Part shown: positions 1 through 10,734 of the stretch, one piece after another | Layout: each line of letters starts with the position of its first letter | How positions within the stretch are numbered: the first letter of the stretch is position 1 | Assembly (NCBI GenBank): GCA_963803705.1 | Contig: CAWDNU010000001.1 | Span: 32,001 to 96,000 of the forward strand | Origin: an uncultured Pseudobdellovibrionaceae bacterium | GTDB lineage: Bacteria > Bdellovibrionota > Bdellovibrionia > Bdellovibrionales > UBA1609 | DNA: 64,000 nucleotides | Direction: 5' to 3' | Notes under the pieces: generated by a model | The model's input: the letters and a program-made list of their open reading frames with translations, nothing else | What the model was told of the DNA's origin: nothing | Database searches by the model: none | Made by a program: the position numbers and the translations under genes

Positions 1-63
1 TGCGAGACTCAAAAATATCCTGCCGTAGATACTTTAGATATTTTTGATGGTTTGAAGCGATAA
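1..63 (+). CDS. 3' end of a probable upstream CDS (partial, unknown product)
   Basis: Frame +1 is open (CETQKYPAVDTLDIFDGLKR) to TAA at 61-63, followed by a terminator-like hairpin. Confidence 0.35.
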   Translation, partial: CETQKYPAVDTLDIFDGLKR

Positions 64-86
64 AGTTTTCTTGTTCTAAATTCTAG

Positions 87-116
87 AAAGGAGCTTCGTA
101 GTCAACGAGCTCCTTT
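87..116. terminator. Probable bidirectional intrinsic terminator
   Basis: AAAGGAGCT(T)CGT...ACGAGCTCCTTT stem between convergent frames. Confidence 0.6.
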
Positions 117-157
117 ATTATTTGGCTTATCAGTTAGCAAGTAAGCTCTAATCTAAA

Positions 158-1135
158 CTAAAGTGCTTTTACTTTTTGAAAAATAGTACCAAAAATGTTT
201 TGGCCTTCTAGATTTTTCATCTCTATTTTTATAGTATCCCCATTTTTCATAAATGGGGTCCTAAAATCACCAGTTTTTATTTTTTCGATCATCCTAAGTT
301 CTTGAAGACAACTTGAGCCCACCGACTCGTCATCGTTAGAAACAGTTCCGCTTCCAATTATAGTGCCAGCAACCAAGGCTCTAGTTTTTGCTGCATGCGC
401 TATCAGCTGACCAAAATTGAAAAACATTTCCTTAGCATTTGCTCTGCCAAAAAAACCGCCGTTGTATTCAACATCTAAAGGCAAACAGATCCGTCCATCT
501 TTCCAAGCCTCGCCTAACTCGTCTTTAGTCACCGCCAATGGACCAAATGATGAAGAGGGTTTACTTTGAAAAAAACCAAAGCCATTTTTTAACTCTGCAG
601 GTATTAGCCCCCTCAAGGAGACATCATTAATCACAACGAATAAAGCAATATAATCTAAAGCTTTCTCAGCGCTTATTCCCATTGGGACATCTAAAGTTAT
701 AACGCCAACTTCGCCCTCGAAGTCTGTACCATGAGAAAAATCAACTTGAGGTATGTCCTCTGTAGGTGCCAAAAAGGTGTCACTGCCACCTTGATACATT
801 AAGGGTACGGTTTCCAATGTATCGGGCATTTCGGCGCCCCTGGCCATTCTGACCAATCGAATATGATGGATAAATGCAGAGCCGTCAGCCCACTGAAATG
901 CCCGTGGTAACGGAGAGCACATTTTATTAACGTCAAAATCTTTAAAGTCCTTAACCAAACCAGAATTAAGATCATCATAAATTTTTGTAAGTTTGGGTAA
1001 GTTACTTTGCCAATTTTCTAGTGCCGACTGCATTGTATCAGCGATTTGGGGCACCAATACGCACCTTGTGTTGTCCTGGTTTGCCACCACAAGCTTACCG
1101 TCTCTTGACCCATCATTTAAAGTCCCAAGTTTCAT
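158..1135 (-). CDS. Fumarylacetoacetate hydrolase family protein
   Basis: PLPRAFQWADGSAF, DFEGEVGV, NDVSLR, FQSKP and GTIIGSGTVSN motifs; divergent from maiA. Confidence 0.9.
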   Translation of the reverse strand: MKLGTLNDGSRDGKLVVANQDNTRCVLVPQIADTMQSALENWQSNLPKLTKIYDDLNSGLVKDFKDFDVNKMCSPLPRAFQWADGSAFIHHIRLVRMARGAEMPDTLETVPLMYQGGSDTFLAPTEDIPQVDFSHGTDFEGEVGVITLDVPMGISAEKALDYIALFVVINDVSLRGLIPAELKNGFGFFQSKPSSSFGPLAVTKDELGEAWKDGRICLPLDVEYNGGFFGRANAKEMFFNFGQLIAHAAKTRALVAGTIIGSGTVSNDDESVGSSCLQELRMIEKIKTGDFRTPFMKNGDTIKIEMKNLEGQNIFGTIFQKVKAL

Positions 1136-1245
1136 ATTTCGATCCCTTTTAAATTTTTATATAAGACATAGTTTACTACATAACCAAAAACCCGTTAAGA
1201 TTCAAAGAAAAAGCGTTTTCTAAGTTTTTTTCAAAGGAGCTAATC

Positions 1246-1896
1246 ATGGAATTTAAACTGTATAACTACTACCGAAGCTCTTGTTCTTACAGAGTCCGAA
1301 TCGCGCTTGAACTAAAGAGTATTGAATACAGTTACATTCCTATTCACCTGCTAAATGATGGAGGCGAACAGAAAACTCATGAGTATCGAAAGCTAAATTC
1401 TAAACAAGAAGTTCCGACGCTCATTCACGATGATACGCCAATTTCAGAATCCATGGCTATCATAGAGTACCTCGATGAAGTAAGGCCAGAGCCGCTACTT
1501 TTTCCAACCGATATTTTGCAAAAAACATTCGTCAGACAGGCTTGTGAAATCATCAACAGCGGCATACAGCCATTACAAAATTTAAGCGTTTTAAATAAGC
1601 TTGTAGATGACTTTGCTATCACTCCAGAGCAAAAAATAAAGTGGGTCCAAGATATTGTTATTCATGGGTTAACTTCCTTTGAAAGATTTATATCAAATAA
1701 AAGCGGCAAGTATTGTTTCGGCGACTCAATCACAGCTGCTGACCTATTTCTAGTACCCCAAGTGTTTAGCTCATTAAGATTCAAAGTCGATATTAGCCAG
1801 TTCCAAATTTTAGAACAAATCTATAATCAATGCACCCAGTTAGAGGCTTTCAGAAAGGCCCATCCAGCCGTGCAGCCTGACACTCCTAAAAAATAA
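1246..1896 (+). CDS. maiA: Maleylacetoacetate isomerase (GST zeta class)
   Basis: LYNYYRSSCSYRVRIAL, IQPLQNL and AHPAVQPD motifs; AAGGAG RBS. Confidence 0.93.
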   Translation: MEFKLYNYYRSSCSYRVRIALELKSIEYSYIPIHLLNDGGEQKTHEYRKLNSKQEVPTLIHDDTPISESMAIIEYLDEVRPEPLLFPTDILQKTFVRQACEIINSGIQPLQNLSVLNKLVDDFAITPEQKIKWVQDIVIHGLTSFERFISNKSGKYCFGDSITAADLFLVPQVFSSLRFKVDISQFQILEQIYNQCTQLEAFRKAHPAVQPDTPKK

Positions 1897-1986
1897 ACTT
1901 AAATAAATTCAGCGAGCCTAATTTCATCAACTTTATTAAAAAGTAAATAAACTTCACTTTATGTAAGGAGTTGCATATGATGTCCT

Positions 1987-2706
1987 ATGCTTAAACTGAT
2001 AACCTTACTTTTTTACTTTTCATTTTTAATTGGATGCGCTGAAATTGAACTTAAAACGCTATCAGAAGATGTGAAAAAAGTGTTCACCCAGAGTGTAGTC
2101 ACAGAAAGTGATATAATTAAGGCTTTCAAAGAGGTATTACTGACTTCGACAACTAAAAGTGTACTTGCTCTTTCTTCAGAAAACGGTTTTTTAAATGATA
2201 AAGATGTTGCCATTCCATTTCCCTCCGAAGCTAAAAAGCTAGAAAAAACTTTGCGAAAATTGGGATTTAGTTCTTTGTGCGACAATTTTTATAATTCGAT
2301 GAACCTTGCAGCTGAAAAAGCTGTAGATCAAGCAGCACCACTTTTTATCGATGCCATAAAGAATATTACATTTGTAGAGGCCACTAAATTACTTAAAGGC
2401 AACGATACAGCAATCACTGATTTTTTGAAAAACAAGACCTCCAGACCTTTGGTTTCAAAATTTGAACCGATAATTGCAAGCTATTTAGAAAAAAATGAAG
2501 CCACTCAAAGCTGGAACAAACTAATCACTAAATATAACAAACTACCCCTAGTAAAACCTGTGCAATCAAACCTATCGTACCATGTGACAGAAAAAACTAT
2601 TGAGGGTTTATTTTTGTATATTTCTAGACAAGAGGCCTCTGTTAGAAATAACCCCAAAGATCGAACCACGGCTTTAATTCAAAAAGTCTTTTCTCAAGCA
2701 GATTAG
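1987..2706 (+). CDS. DUF4197-like lipoprotein
   Basis: Lipobox LIGC; SMNLAAEKAV and GLFLYISRQEASVRNNPKDRTTALIQKVF typical of the family. Confidence 0.75.
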   Translation: MLKLITLLFYFSFLIGCAEIELKTLSEDVKKVFTQSVVTESDIIKAFKEVLLTSTTKSVLALSSENGFLNDKDVAIPFPSEAKKLEKTLRKLGFSSLCDNFYNSMNLAAEKAVDQAAPLFIDAIKNITFVEATKLLKGNDTAITDFLKNKTSRPLVSKFEPIIASYLEKNEATQSWNKLITKYNKLPLVKPVQSNLSYHVTEKTIEGLFLYISRQEASVRNNPKDRTTALIQKVFSQAD

Positions 2707-2750
2707 AGCTCAGGGCGTGTCCTCATGAATTTTGTTGTGATCGATTTAAT

Positions 2751-3209
2751 CTAGAAAACATTGTAACTAAAAGCTTGAGATTGGGCAGGGGAACAAGTTG
2801 TAAAACTACTGACACTTTCAATTAAGTCAGTGTAAAGAATGTTTCTATCAATATTAAAAGAATATTTTTCGTTATCACATAGGATATGATCATCCCCAAA
2901 TTCACAGTTCATAGTGTTGGTCGTTTTGATAGTCTGGTTTGAGCGGCTCTTACAGCTTATTTTAACATCGCTCTTTGGTCGTAAATTAGAGTTAGTTCTT
3001 GGTACCAACCTAACTCTAAGCAGACAATCAAACATATTTTTTCCACCAAACGGATCACGCTGCAGCACTGACGCACACCAATCACCACCAACCAAAGAAT
3101 TTTCTTGCGCACTAAGTTGCGTGTTGTTTGTATTTAAATTGTCTAAACTGACAACTTTACAGCCCAAAAAAAATACTACGTTCAAAGTAAAAAAGAATAT
3201 TTTCATCAT
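2751..3209 (-). CDS. Hypothetical Cys-rich lipoprotein
   Basis: Signal peptide with FLGC lipobox; several further Cys. Confidence 0.6.
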   Translation of the reverse strand: MMKIFFFTLNVVFFLGCKVVSLDNLNTNNTQLSAQENSLVGGDWCASVLQRDPFGGKNMFDCLLRVRLVPRTNSNLRPKSDVKISCKSRSNQTIKTTNTMNCEFGDDHILCDNEKYSFNIDRNILYTDLIESVSSFTTCSPAQSQAFSYNVF

Positions 3210-3241
3210 AAATCCTACTTTTAGAGTTTTTGGAAATAAGC

Positions 3242-3392
3242 TTAAGCAGATTGCTAATTTTTTTGTTTTAGTCCCATACGTAAATATGCTGGGCTCGTTG
3301 TCACTTATATTGCGAATGCAATATAAGTGACAAGGCCTGTCCCAGTATATTTACGTACAAGACTAAAACAAAAAAATTAGCAATCTGCTTAA
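3242..3392. repeat. 151-bp imperfect palindrome (MITE/REP-like), TTAA at both ends
   Basis: 32-bp perfect outer arms (3242-3273/3361-3392), 17-bp middle stem with one G-T pair, 16-bp perfect inner stem, GAAT loop. Confidence 0.9.
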
Positions 3393-3415
3393 AAAAATTG
3401 TATCTTTAAAACTTC

Positions 3416-4283
3416 TTAGAAGTAAAGAAAAGACCAGCGGTCTATAAGCGGGGCCATCAGAAATGCAAGTAGACTAAAGTTCACTGATAGGAAAAAACCT
3501 AACCAGGCTTTTTCTTTTTTCTGTGTAAATATATAAAATCTATATAAAACCAAAATGCTAAAAGGCAAGACAATCAGAAAGTGGATATAAGAGGCCTGTA
3601 TTGTGAAAGGTGCGCTAAGTGCCACTGCTAGATATACAAATACGTATAGTCCAATGTGATAAATTGTTCTGTTAACGCCAAACATATATGGCAAGACTGG
3701 GATTCCTGCTTTACCGTAATCATCTTTAAATCTAATAGCCAAAGTCCAGAAGTGTGGCATTTGCCATAAAAATAAAATTAGAAAAATATGGATGTGTACG
3801 GGATCAAGTAAGTTTGTGTTATGACATGCAAAACCAATACTGACTGGTAAAGATCCTGGAATTGCACCTGGGACTGCCCCAAAAGTCCACTTTTTCTTCC
3901 AATACAAAGTGTATAAGAAGTTGTATAGAACTACTGTAAATAGCCCTAAACCTGCAGCTAAAGAGTTGAACGTGGCAAGCAGTAGCAGTCCGACTCCACA
4001 AAATGTAAAACCCAGAAAGTAGGCCTGCCATGCTTTGATTTTACCAGAAGGTATTGGTCTTTTTGAAGTTCGGTCCATTTTTAAATCAAGTCGCCACTCT
4101 TGAGCTTGGTTAACTGCGAAGCTTCCAGAACTCAAAAAATAAAGACCCAAGAGAAAAACTACAACTTGCTCTGATTTCAAAAGGTTGGCCAAATGGGGAA
4201 CCAAGAACAAATCCTATCAGGCCAGAAAATATAACAAAGATTACTATTCCAGATTTTGTGAGGTCTAAGTAAGCCTTGATCAT
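3416..4283 (-). CDS. ctaB: Protoheme IX farnesyltransferase (frameshift near the 5' end)
   Basis: DLKMDRTSKRPIPSG, GAVPGAIP and WQMPHFW; N-terminus MIKAYLDLTKSGI starts at ATG 4283 in another frame. Confidence 0.88.
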
Positions 4284-4288
4284 CTGGA

Positions 4289-4612
4289 TTATAGTGTGCT
4301 TTTTTCTGCCACTCTTGTGACAAAATCAAATATCGTAAAGACCCAAACATGATGAGTAGAAACCAACGGATCCCACTAAGATTGAGTATAAGTTTGTTAT
4401 CGTACTTTAAATGCATAAAGTACATTCCGACTAAAGTGGCTTTCAAGGTCGCAATGGACATTGCGACTAACACCGTTGAATGCCCCAAAGTGAAATTGAG
4501 CCACCCAAACCGTAATAACTGTCAGACAAATAAGAGCGGCAAATACACTCATGTAAACGGTAAAGGTAAGTGTGTGTGACCATGATCTACTTGTGAGGTG
4601 GTGATTAGACAT
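4289..4612 (-). CDS. coxD: Cytochrome c oxidase subunit IV (frameshifted)
   Basis: YMSVFAALICLTVITVWVA joined to IATLKATLVGMYFMHLKYD across frames. Confidence 0.8.
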
Positions 4613-4648
4613 GCTCCATAAAACTCCTTAAAATAAATTCTAAATTGA

Positions 4649-5299
4649 TTAAACTAAATACAGTAAAGGGAATAAGTAAATCCAAACTAAATCGACTAAA
4701 TGCCAAAAAAGTGCAACGCCTTCTACAGGCGTGTAGTAGCTCACTGTGGAATTCACCTTTCAAAGTTCTAATTAAGAACCCATGTGATAAGCCCATACCA
4801 ATTAAAACGTGAACCCCGTGCAATCCAGTCATTGAAAAATACAGTGAGAAATACAAAGCCAGATTCTCGACTGTAGACTCGTGACCAAAGAATTTACCTG
4901 GATACAGATGCTCATGGAATTTATGGGTGTACTCAATAAATTTGATCGCCATAAATCACGCACCGCACATACCAGTGTATGATAAAGATACATGTTGCGC
5001 GCTTTACGATTGTTCTTTTGAAGAAAGTAAATAGAAAGAGCGATCGTTAACGAACTGAAATAGAAGAATGACCGTATTGGCCGCTCCATATTTCCAGTTT
5101 AGAAAAGTTGGCGCCCTCTTCAAATATTTCAGGGTATCGAGAACAAAATAGAGCATAGGAAACAAAAAGTCCACCAAACATCAGAATCTCGGTGCACATG
5201 AAAAACCAGACACCAAATTTACTGGTTTCAAATTCATGGGCAGCACTATTATAGTGATGAGCAAATTCCACCTTTCGTTCTATTAACTGCTGTACTCAT
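4649..5299 (-). CDS. coxC: Cytochrome c oxidase subunit III (several frameshifts)
   Basis: [33 protein letters not shown] and terminal FPLLYLV* in different frames. Confidence 0.85.
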
Positions 5300-6874
5300 A
5301 AGGACCTCCTGTAACAACTGGCGATTCTTCAAAGTTTTCATGAGGGAGGTGAAGACGAAGTTGTCCACTCCAAAGTTTTTGATCCCCATGGATTATTTGG
5401 AGCTTTTTCACCTTTCAATATGCAGTTTATAATAACGTACAAAGCTAAAAAGAATCCTGCACCAATCATCCAAGATCCAAATGTAGAGATTTGGTTTAAG
5501 ACTTGTGTACTCAGGTAGATAGTTGTAATATCGTCTCGGCATTCCCATCGATCCTAAAATAAACTGAGGGAAAAACGTGACATTGAAACCCAGGAAGATC
5601 AGCACAAAAGTGATTTGGGCTAAAAACTCATTATACATTTTACCGAACATCTTAGGTAACCAGTAGTAAATACCACCCATAATCGCCATCAAAGTACCAC
5701 CTACCATCACATAATGGAAGTGAGCTACGACAAAATAGGTGTCATGAAAATGCACGTCTGCTCCCAAGGTGGCTAAAAAGATTCCAGTAACTCCACCTAT
5801 TGTAAACAAGAAAATAAAACCGAACGCATAGAGCATCGGAGATCTAAATTCAATAGATCCTTTGTAGAGTGTTGCTACCCAATTAAATACTTTGATCGCG
5901 GTAGGGACTCCAACAAGCATTGTGATTAATGAAAATAACCAGGCTGCCCAAGTAGATTCACCACTGACAAACATATGGTGACCCCAAACGAAAAAGCTGA
6001 CAGCAGCAATTCCTACAGAGGAAAATGCGATAGCCTTATAACCAAAAATTTGTTTTTTAGAAAAGGTTGTAATTAGCTCGCTTACGATACCCATTGCAGG
6101 CAAGATCATGATGTAAACAGCGGGATGAGAATAAAACCAGAAAAAATGCTGAAATAAGATAGGGTCCCCGCCCAGCTTTGCATCAAAAAAACCGATTCCC
6201 AAAATCTTTTCCAAAGCCAAAAGTAATAAAGTTATCCCCAGCACTGGGGTTGCAATAATTTGGATGATTGCTGTCGAATAAAGAGCCCAAACCATTAACG
6301 GCATTCTGAAGAAAGTCATCCCAGGGGCGCGCAACCTATGGGTTGTAGCAACAAAATTTAGTCCAGTTAAAATTGATGAAAAGCCCATGACAAAAGCTCC
6401 TAACACCATAAGGAGTGTACCGCCGGCCGCTTTATCAATACTGTAAGGTGTATAGAAGGTCCAACCCGTATCAGCGCCACCATAAATTAGTGACGAAAAT
6501 GAAATCACTGCACCGACCATCAAGCAGTACCAGCTTAGTAAATTCACTCTGGGGAAAGCGACATCCTTTGCTCCTATATGGAGGGGAAGAATAAAGTTTC
6601 CGATAAAGGCTGGTATACCAGGTATGATCACCATGAATGTCATAATGGCACCATGAAAAGTCATAGACTGATTATATTGATCAGCCGACATAAAAAGTTT
6701 ACCTGCGTTGATCAATTCTAACCTCATCAAAAGGGCAAAGATCCCTCCAATAAAAAAGAAAGATAATACTGAAAGCATATACATGATTCCAATTCTTTTA
6801 TGATCTAAGGTTGTTAACCACGACCAGAGACCCGACTTCTCGTTTAAATAATTTACTCCTGGTGCACTAGACAT
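5283..6874 (-). CDS. coxA: Cytochrome c oxidase subunit I, A2-type (C-terminus frameshifted)
   Basis: DHKRIG, YSHPAVY (YS motif), VWGHHMF, AHFHYV and GMPRR; tail [15 protein letters not shown] in another frame. Confidence 0.95.
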
Positions 6875-6888
6875 ATTTTGTTGCTCCC

Positions 6889-7875
6889 TTAGTTCATACT
6901 GGTGTCTGAGTTTCCATCAGACTTTGAAGATTGACTCTTGAAATATTCAATAACTGCTTTCAACTCTGTTTCACTTAAGTTTTGAGCATTCATTTGATTT
7001 GCGTATCCCTTAACAATTTTTTTTGCAGGATATAAAATGGACTCGCGGATATAATTTTCATCAATGACCGTATTTGTACCATCAGCAAATTCTCTTTTGG
7101 TACCCCAAATACCGGCAAAGCCCGGTCCAATTTTTCTTTCCTTAGTAACATTGTGGCAAGATACGCAAGTTCCTTTTTCAATAATTAGACGCCCTCTTTC
7201 AGCTAATGGCAGATCTTTAACTTTAGAATTTTCAATCAGCCAATTGTCGAAATCAGAAGGGGTCATGACTTTAAGATTAGCGAGCATGTTAGAGTGGCTG
7301 GTGCCGCAATATTCTGTGCAAAAAACTTGGTAATCTCCTGGAGTCCGGGCAGTAAACCAAAGTGCAGTATATCGCCCAGGTACCGCATCTTGTTTGATCC
7401 GAAAAGCCGGAATAAAAAAACTGTGTAAGACATCCTCTGCCTGGATAATCAATTTAACGGGATGACCTACAGGAACTGCAAATTCGTTGTTTGTTTGCAC
7501 TCCGCTTTTGTAATCAAATTTCCATCCCCACTGATAGCCTGTTACGTGAATTTCAAAAGCGTCTTTGGGCATAGTTCTCATGTCTTTGTGAATGATGATC
7601 CCCCATACAAAGACGATCATAAAAATTACGAAAGGAATAAAGCTCCATAAAAATTCAAGCGCTGTGTTGCCGTGAATATTAGGGGTGATGTCATTATCTG
7701 TCTTTCTTTTGTACTTATAAGCAAACCAAATCATGCCACCAATCAAAAGTACGAAAGAGATACAGCTCGTAATAATTAAAAAGCCATACAAGGAATCTAC
7801 AGACTCAGATATTTTAGTACCTTGGTAAGGCATGTAGGTACTTGCATTTGCAACATTAAAAATTAAATCCAGCAT
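6889..7875 (-). CDS. coxB: Cytochrome c oxidase subunit II with fused cytochrome c (caa3-type)
   Basis: DVLHSF, CuA motif [13 protein letters not shown]-terminal CVSCH. Confidence 0.95.
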   Translation of the reverse strand: MLDLIFNVANASTYMPYQGTKISESVDSLYGFLIITSCISFVLLIGGMIWFAYKYKRKTDNDITPNIHGNTALEFLWSFIPFVIFMIVFVWGIIIHKDMRTMPKDAFEIHVTGYQWGWKFDYKSGVQTNNEFAVPVGHPVKLIIQAEDVLHSFFIPAFRIKQDAVPGRYTALWFTARTPGDYQVFCTEYCGTSHSNMLANLKVMTPSDFDNWLIENSKVKDLPLAERGRLIIEKGTCVSCHNVTKERKIGPGFAGIWGTKREFADGTNTVIDENYIRESILYPAKKIVKGYANQMNAQNLSETELKAVIEYFKSQSSKSDGNSDTSMN

Positions 7876-7885
7876 CAGCACTCCT

Positions 7886-8734
7886 TTAAGACTTTAAAAG
7901 TTTTATCCATGTGGGGACCAAGAATACAACTAGTAACAATAAAGTTATCAAAGCCCCTATCTTCATGACATTGAATGCGTAAATCGTATATTTATTTTTT
8001 TTTGGATTAAATTGGAAACACATCATCAAGGCGCGATCAATAAATGATCCAACCTTACCCTGGGCAGCCTCTATCAGAGCAAGACGAAGCGTTTTAGGAT
8101 CAAACTCGACCCCTGATATAATTTGAGAGATTTTTCCCTCGGCAGTTAACACATAGACAGCTGAAGAGTGGGCGAATTGGTTCGTCTCTTCATCCCACTT
8201 GTAGGAAAAACCAAGTTGATCAGTTAGCTCATCTACACTTGATTCATTTCCGACAAGAAAACTCCACCCAGTGCGCGCTTCGTCCTTATTTTTGAAAGAC
8301 TTAATATAGCTTTCTTTCTTATCTGCAGCTAGCTCTGAAGTTTCAGTCGCATCCATACTCACAGATATCCACTGAAAATCTGAACCAGCTTTTAAATTTA
8401 AGTCCTCTAGGGCAGCAGTAACGCCATTCATGTGTAAACTGCAAAGACCAGGACACATATAGTAAACCATTGAAAGCAAAGCTGGCTTACCAGTTTTAAA
8501 ATACGTGCCAAAATGCTTTGATTCCCCAGCCTCATTTTTAAAAGGCAGACTTAGATTTAAACTTTCGCCTTTTTTAGAGAAGTCGATGCCAACATTATCC
8601 ATCTTAGCATTTTCTTTTGCAATATCGTACTTGGTCGGTGTCTCAGTATCGTAAGCAAAGGCTGATGGAGCAAATAATATCAGCGACAAAATTATATTTA
8701 AGAAAGCTTTAAAAGCAAAATAAATTAAGTACAT
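7886..8734 (-). CDS. SCO1/SenC family copper chaperone
   Basis: CPGLC (CxxxC), FAHSS, C-terminal TM; likely start ATG 8734. Confidence 0.88.
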   Translation of the reverse strand: MYLIYFAFKAFLNIILSLILFAPSAFAYDTETPTKYDIAKENAKMDNVGIDFSKKGESLNLSLPFKNEAGESKHFGTYFKTGKPALLSMVYYMCPGLCSLHMNGVTAALEDLNLKAGSDFQWISVSMDATETSELAADKKESYIKSFKNKDEARTGWSFLVGNESSVDELTDQLGFSYKWDEETNQFAHSSAVYVLTAEGKISQIISGVEFDPKTLRLALIEAAQGKVGSFIDRALMMCFQFNPKKNKYTIYAFNVMKIGALITLLLLVVFLVPTWIKLLKS

Positions 8735-8738
8735 TCTT

Positions 8739-9269
8739 TTAGTCAGCCTTTTCGCTGATTGCAAATTTAACCAACTCGTCTTTATCGTCAGCGACTTCAT
8801 TTTTGGTTATCGAACGGATTAAATGGATTACTGCCCATCTTTCATTTTTAGGTAGATGTTTAAACGAAGCCATTATTGCTGGGACTTTGGGGTCAGATTC
8901 AAGACCGTTCTGCAAAGTTTTGTAAAGAGCGATAGATGTTCCACCTTTTTTCCAATTACCTTCAATTAGATTTCTAGCGCCCATTGCAGCTACACCCTTA
9001 TAATCTGCTCCATGACAAGCTACACAGTTGGCCGAATATACTTTCTGACCCGCAGTTATCATCTCGCCTGAAGACACCCAGGGTTCTTCAACAGCAGTTA
9101 GATCAAAAGTCTTAGCTTGTAAATTTGGATTGTAGTCTTTCACTAAATTTTTATCTACATTTTTCACACCTGGGTGGATAAACGCAATATAAATGAAAAA
9201 AACAGCCGTAAAAATCATGCAGCCGTTGAAAACTCTAAACCCTGATTTGTTGTAGGGATCTGTGGACAT
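8739..9269 (-). CDS. Membrane-anchored monoheme cytochrome c
   Basis: N-terminal TM, CVACHG, distal Met (IMASF). Confidence 0.9.
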   Translation of the reverse strand: MSTDPYNKSGFRVFNGCMIFTAVFFIYIAFIHPGVKNVDKNLVKDYNPNLQAKTFDLTAVEEPWVSSGEMITAGQKVYSANCVACHGADYKGVAAMGARNLIEGNWKKGGTSIALYKTLQNGLESDPKVPAIMASFKHLPKNERWAVIHLIRSITKNEVADDKDELVKFAISEKAD

Positions 9270-9386
9270 TATTCATACTCCTTAATGGATCTCATTTTTA
9301 CTCTTTCAAATGCGATAAATCAACTTTGAACAGAAATAAAACGTTCAAATATAGACACTTGCTGGCTCTTTATTTAATCTTAGGTT

Positions 9387-9707
9387 ATGTCTAAATTTAT
9401 ACCACTTCTTTTTTGTCTATTCGTTTTAACAGCGTCATGTTCTCACAGTAATCTTGAGGCTCACTTTCAAAAATCTCAGACTGGCTGGTCCAAAGAGCAA
9501 GTTTTTCGAAACTTTGGCACCCCTGACGACTCTTTTGAAGATTCAAGCTTCAAATACTATGTTTATAAATATGTTGGAAAGCCAAAGACATATAACAACG
9601 ATTCTGTGATTTGGAATGTGAAATACGTGTTTAAAAGCAACAAAGTTGTAGAGGTCTTAAAGGAAAGACAACCCACAGCTCAGGAATTAGATAAGTTGCA
9701 AGATTAG
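9387..9707 (+). CDS. SmpA/BamE-like small lipoprotein
   Basis: Lipobox TASC; GWSKEQVFRNFGTP resembles the SmpA/OmlA motif. Confidence 0.6.
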   Translation: MSKFIPLLFCLFVLTASCSHSNLEAHFQKSQTGWSKEQVFRNFGTPDDSFEDSSFKYYVYKYVGKPKTYNNDSVIWNVKYVFKSNKVVEVLKERQPTAQELDKLQD

Positions 9708-9803
9708 ATCACTCTAAACAGTAATCAATAACTTATTGAAAGATGCTATCGATTATATGACCCAAGCCGAAAGTCCTTTAGCATATAATTTTTCAAAAGC
9801 TCA

Positions 9804-10706
9804 TTAAAAATCTTCCTCGACATCAATCGCGTCAGATTTAGATCCAAGGCTCCCATCATCTAAAAGTTCCTCGTCAGTATTTTCTTGTTCCCCAGTTAAA
9901 TCATGAGCTTCTACGAGCGTCCAAGAAAGCTCACAAGGTAAGTGCGAAATTCGCTGAACAATAATGTAAGCTTTTACCGCTGGAATGGCTTTAAGTAAAA
10001 GAACTCCATTTTTTATTCTTTGATCTGCATTTTTCAAGTCCAAAGACAACTTTTGGTCGTCCAAAGAACTTAGGACTTCAATTCTTGTTTCTTTCGAATC
10101 GATGCTGGCAATTTCTAAATCGAAATAATACCCGGCACCTTTAAATTTTTCGGAATCCAATTCGCCGAAAAGCTGCATTTCTTTTAAAAAATCATCTGCA
10201 GAGGTAGGATCTGCGACTTCAGAAACAGAGTCCTGTTCCGAACTAAGTTCTTCTGGCAAAAGGTTCTCAAGCTCTGGGTTCTTATGATCTAAAAAATCTT
10301 CTGGATCATCAAACAAAGCTTCTACGTTACTTTCTTCCACAGATTCTAGGTTCCCCTCGCCCTGTAGATTCAAGTTTACTTCATCAATATAGTCTTCGGT
10401 TGAGCTCGATGAACCTGAATCTATAATCAGATCAGATGCAAGATCTTCTGACACATTATCAGAGAACAAATCTTGCAAATCATCATTGTGCTTAGTTTCA
10501 GAGGATTTTTCCAAAGCAGGTGTAGCGTCACTTACAGCACTGGCACTGACGCTGACACTTTCATTATCGTCAACGACTACAGACTCTTCGTCGTCCTGAA
10601 TTTTGACCTCGTCGTCTACTACAAAAACCACGGAACCACATTTGGAGCAGGTTTCTAACCCAAAGTCTTCTTTTAATTCATTTTCACATTTGGGACATGT
10701 AGCCAA
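9804..10706 (-). CDS. Zinc-ribbon protein with acidic linker
   Basis: CPKC...CSKC at the N-terminus; GAGGG RBS before TTG 10706; very acidic middle region. Confidence 0.7.
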   Translation of the reverse strand: MATCPKCENELKEDFGLETCSKCGSVVFVVDDEVKIQDDEESVVVDDNESVSVSASAVSDATPALEKSSETKHNDDLQDLFSDNVSEDLASDLIIDSGSSSSTEDYIDEVNLNLQGEGNLESVEESNVEALFDDPEDFLDHKNPELENLLPEELSSEQDSVSEVADPTSADDFLKEMQLFGELDSEKFKGAGYYFDLEIASIDSKETRIEVLSSLDDQKLSLDLKNADQRIKNGVLLLKAIPAVKAYIIVQRISHLPCELSWTLVEAHDLTGEQENTDEELLDDGSLGSKSDAIDVEEDF

Positions 10707-10734
10707 TCCAGAACCCTCTAAAGTTTTTCTTAAG

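Noticed and set aside
2712..2726. AGGGCGTGTCCTCAT resembles an IS5-family terminal repeat (from recall)
   Set aside because: No partner repeat or transposase in the window; too short to support
2914..3330. 138-aa plus-strand ORF and many other short antisense ORFs in the track
   Set aside because: They shadow better-supported genes and have no motifs or RBS
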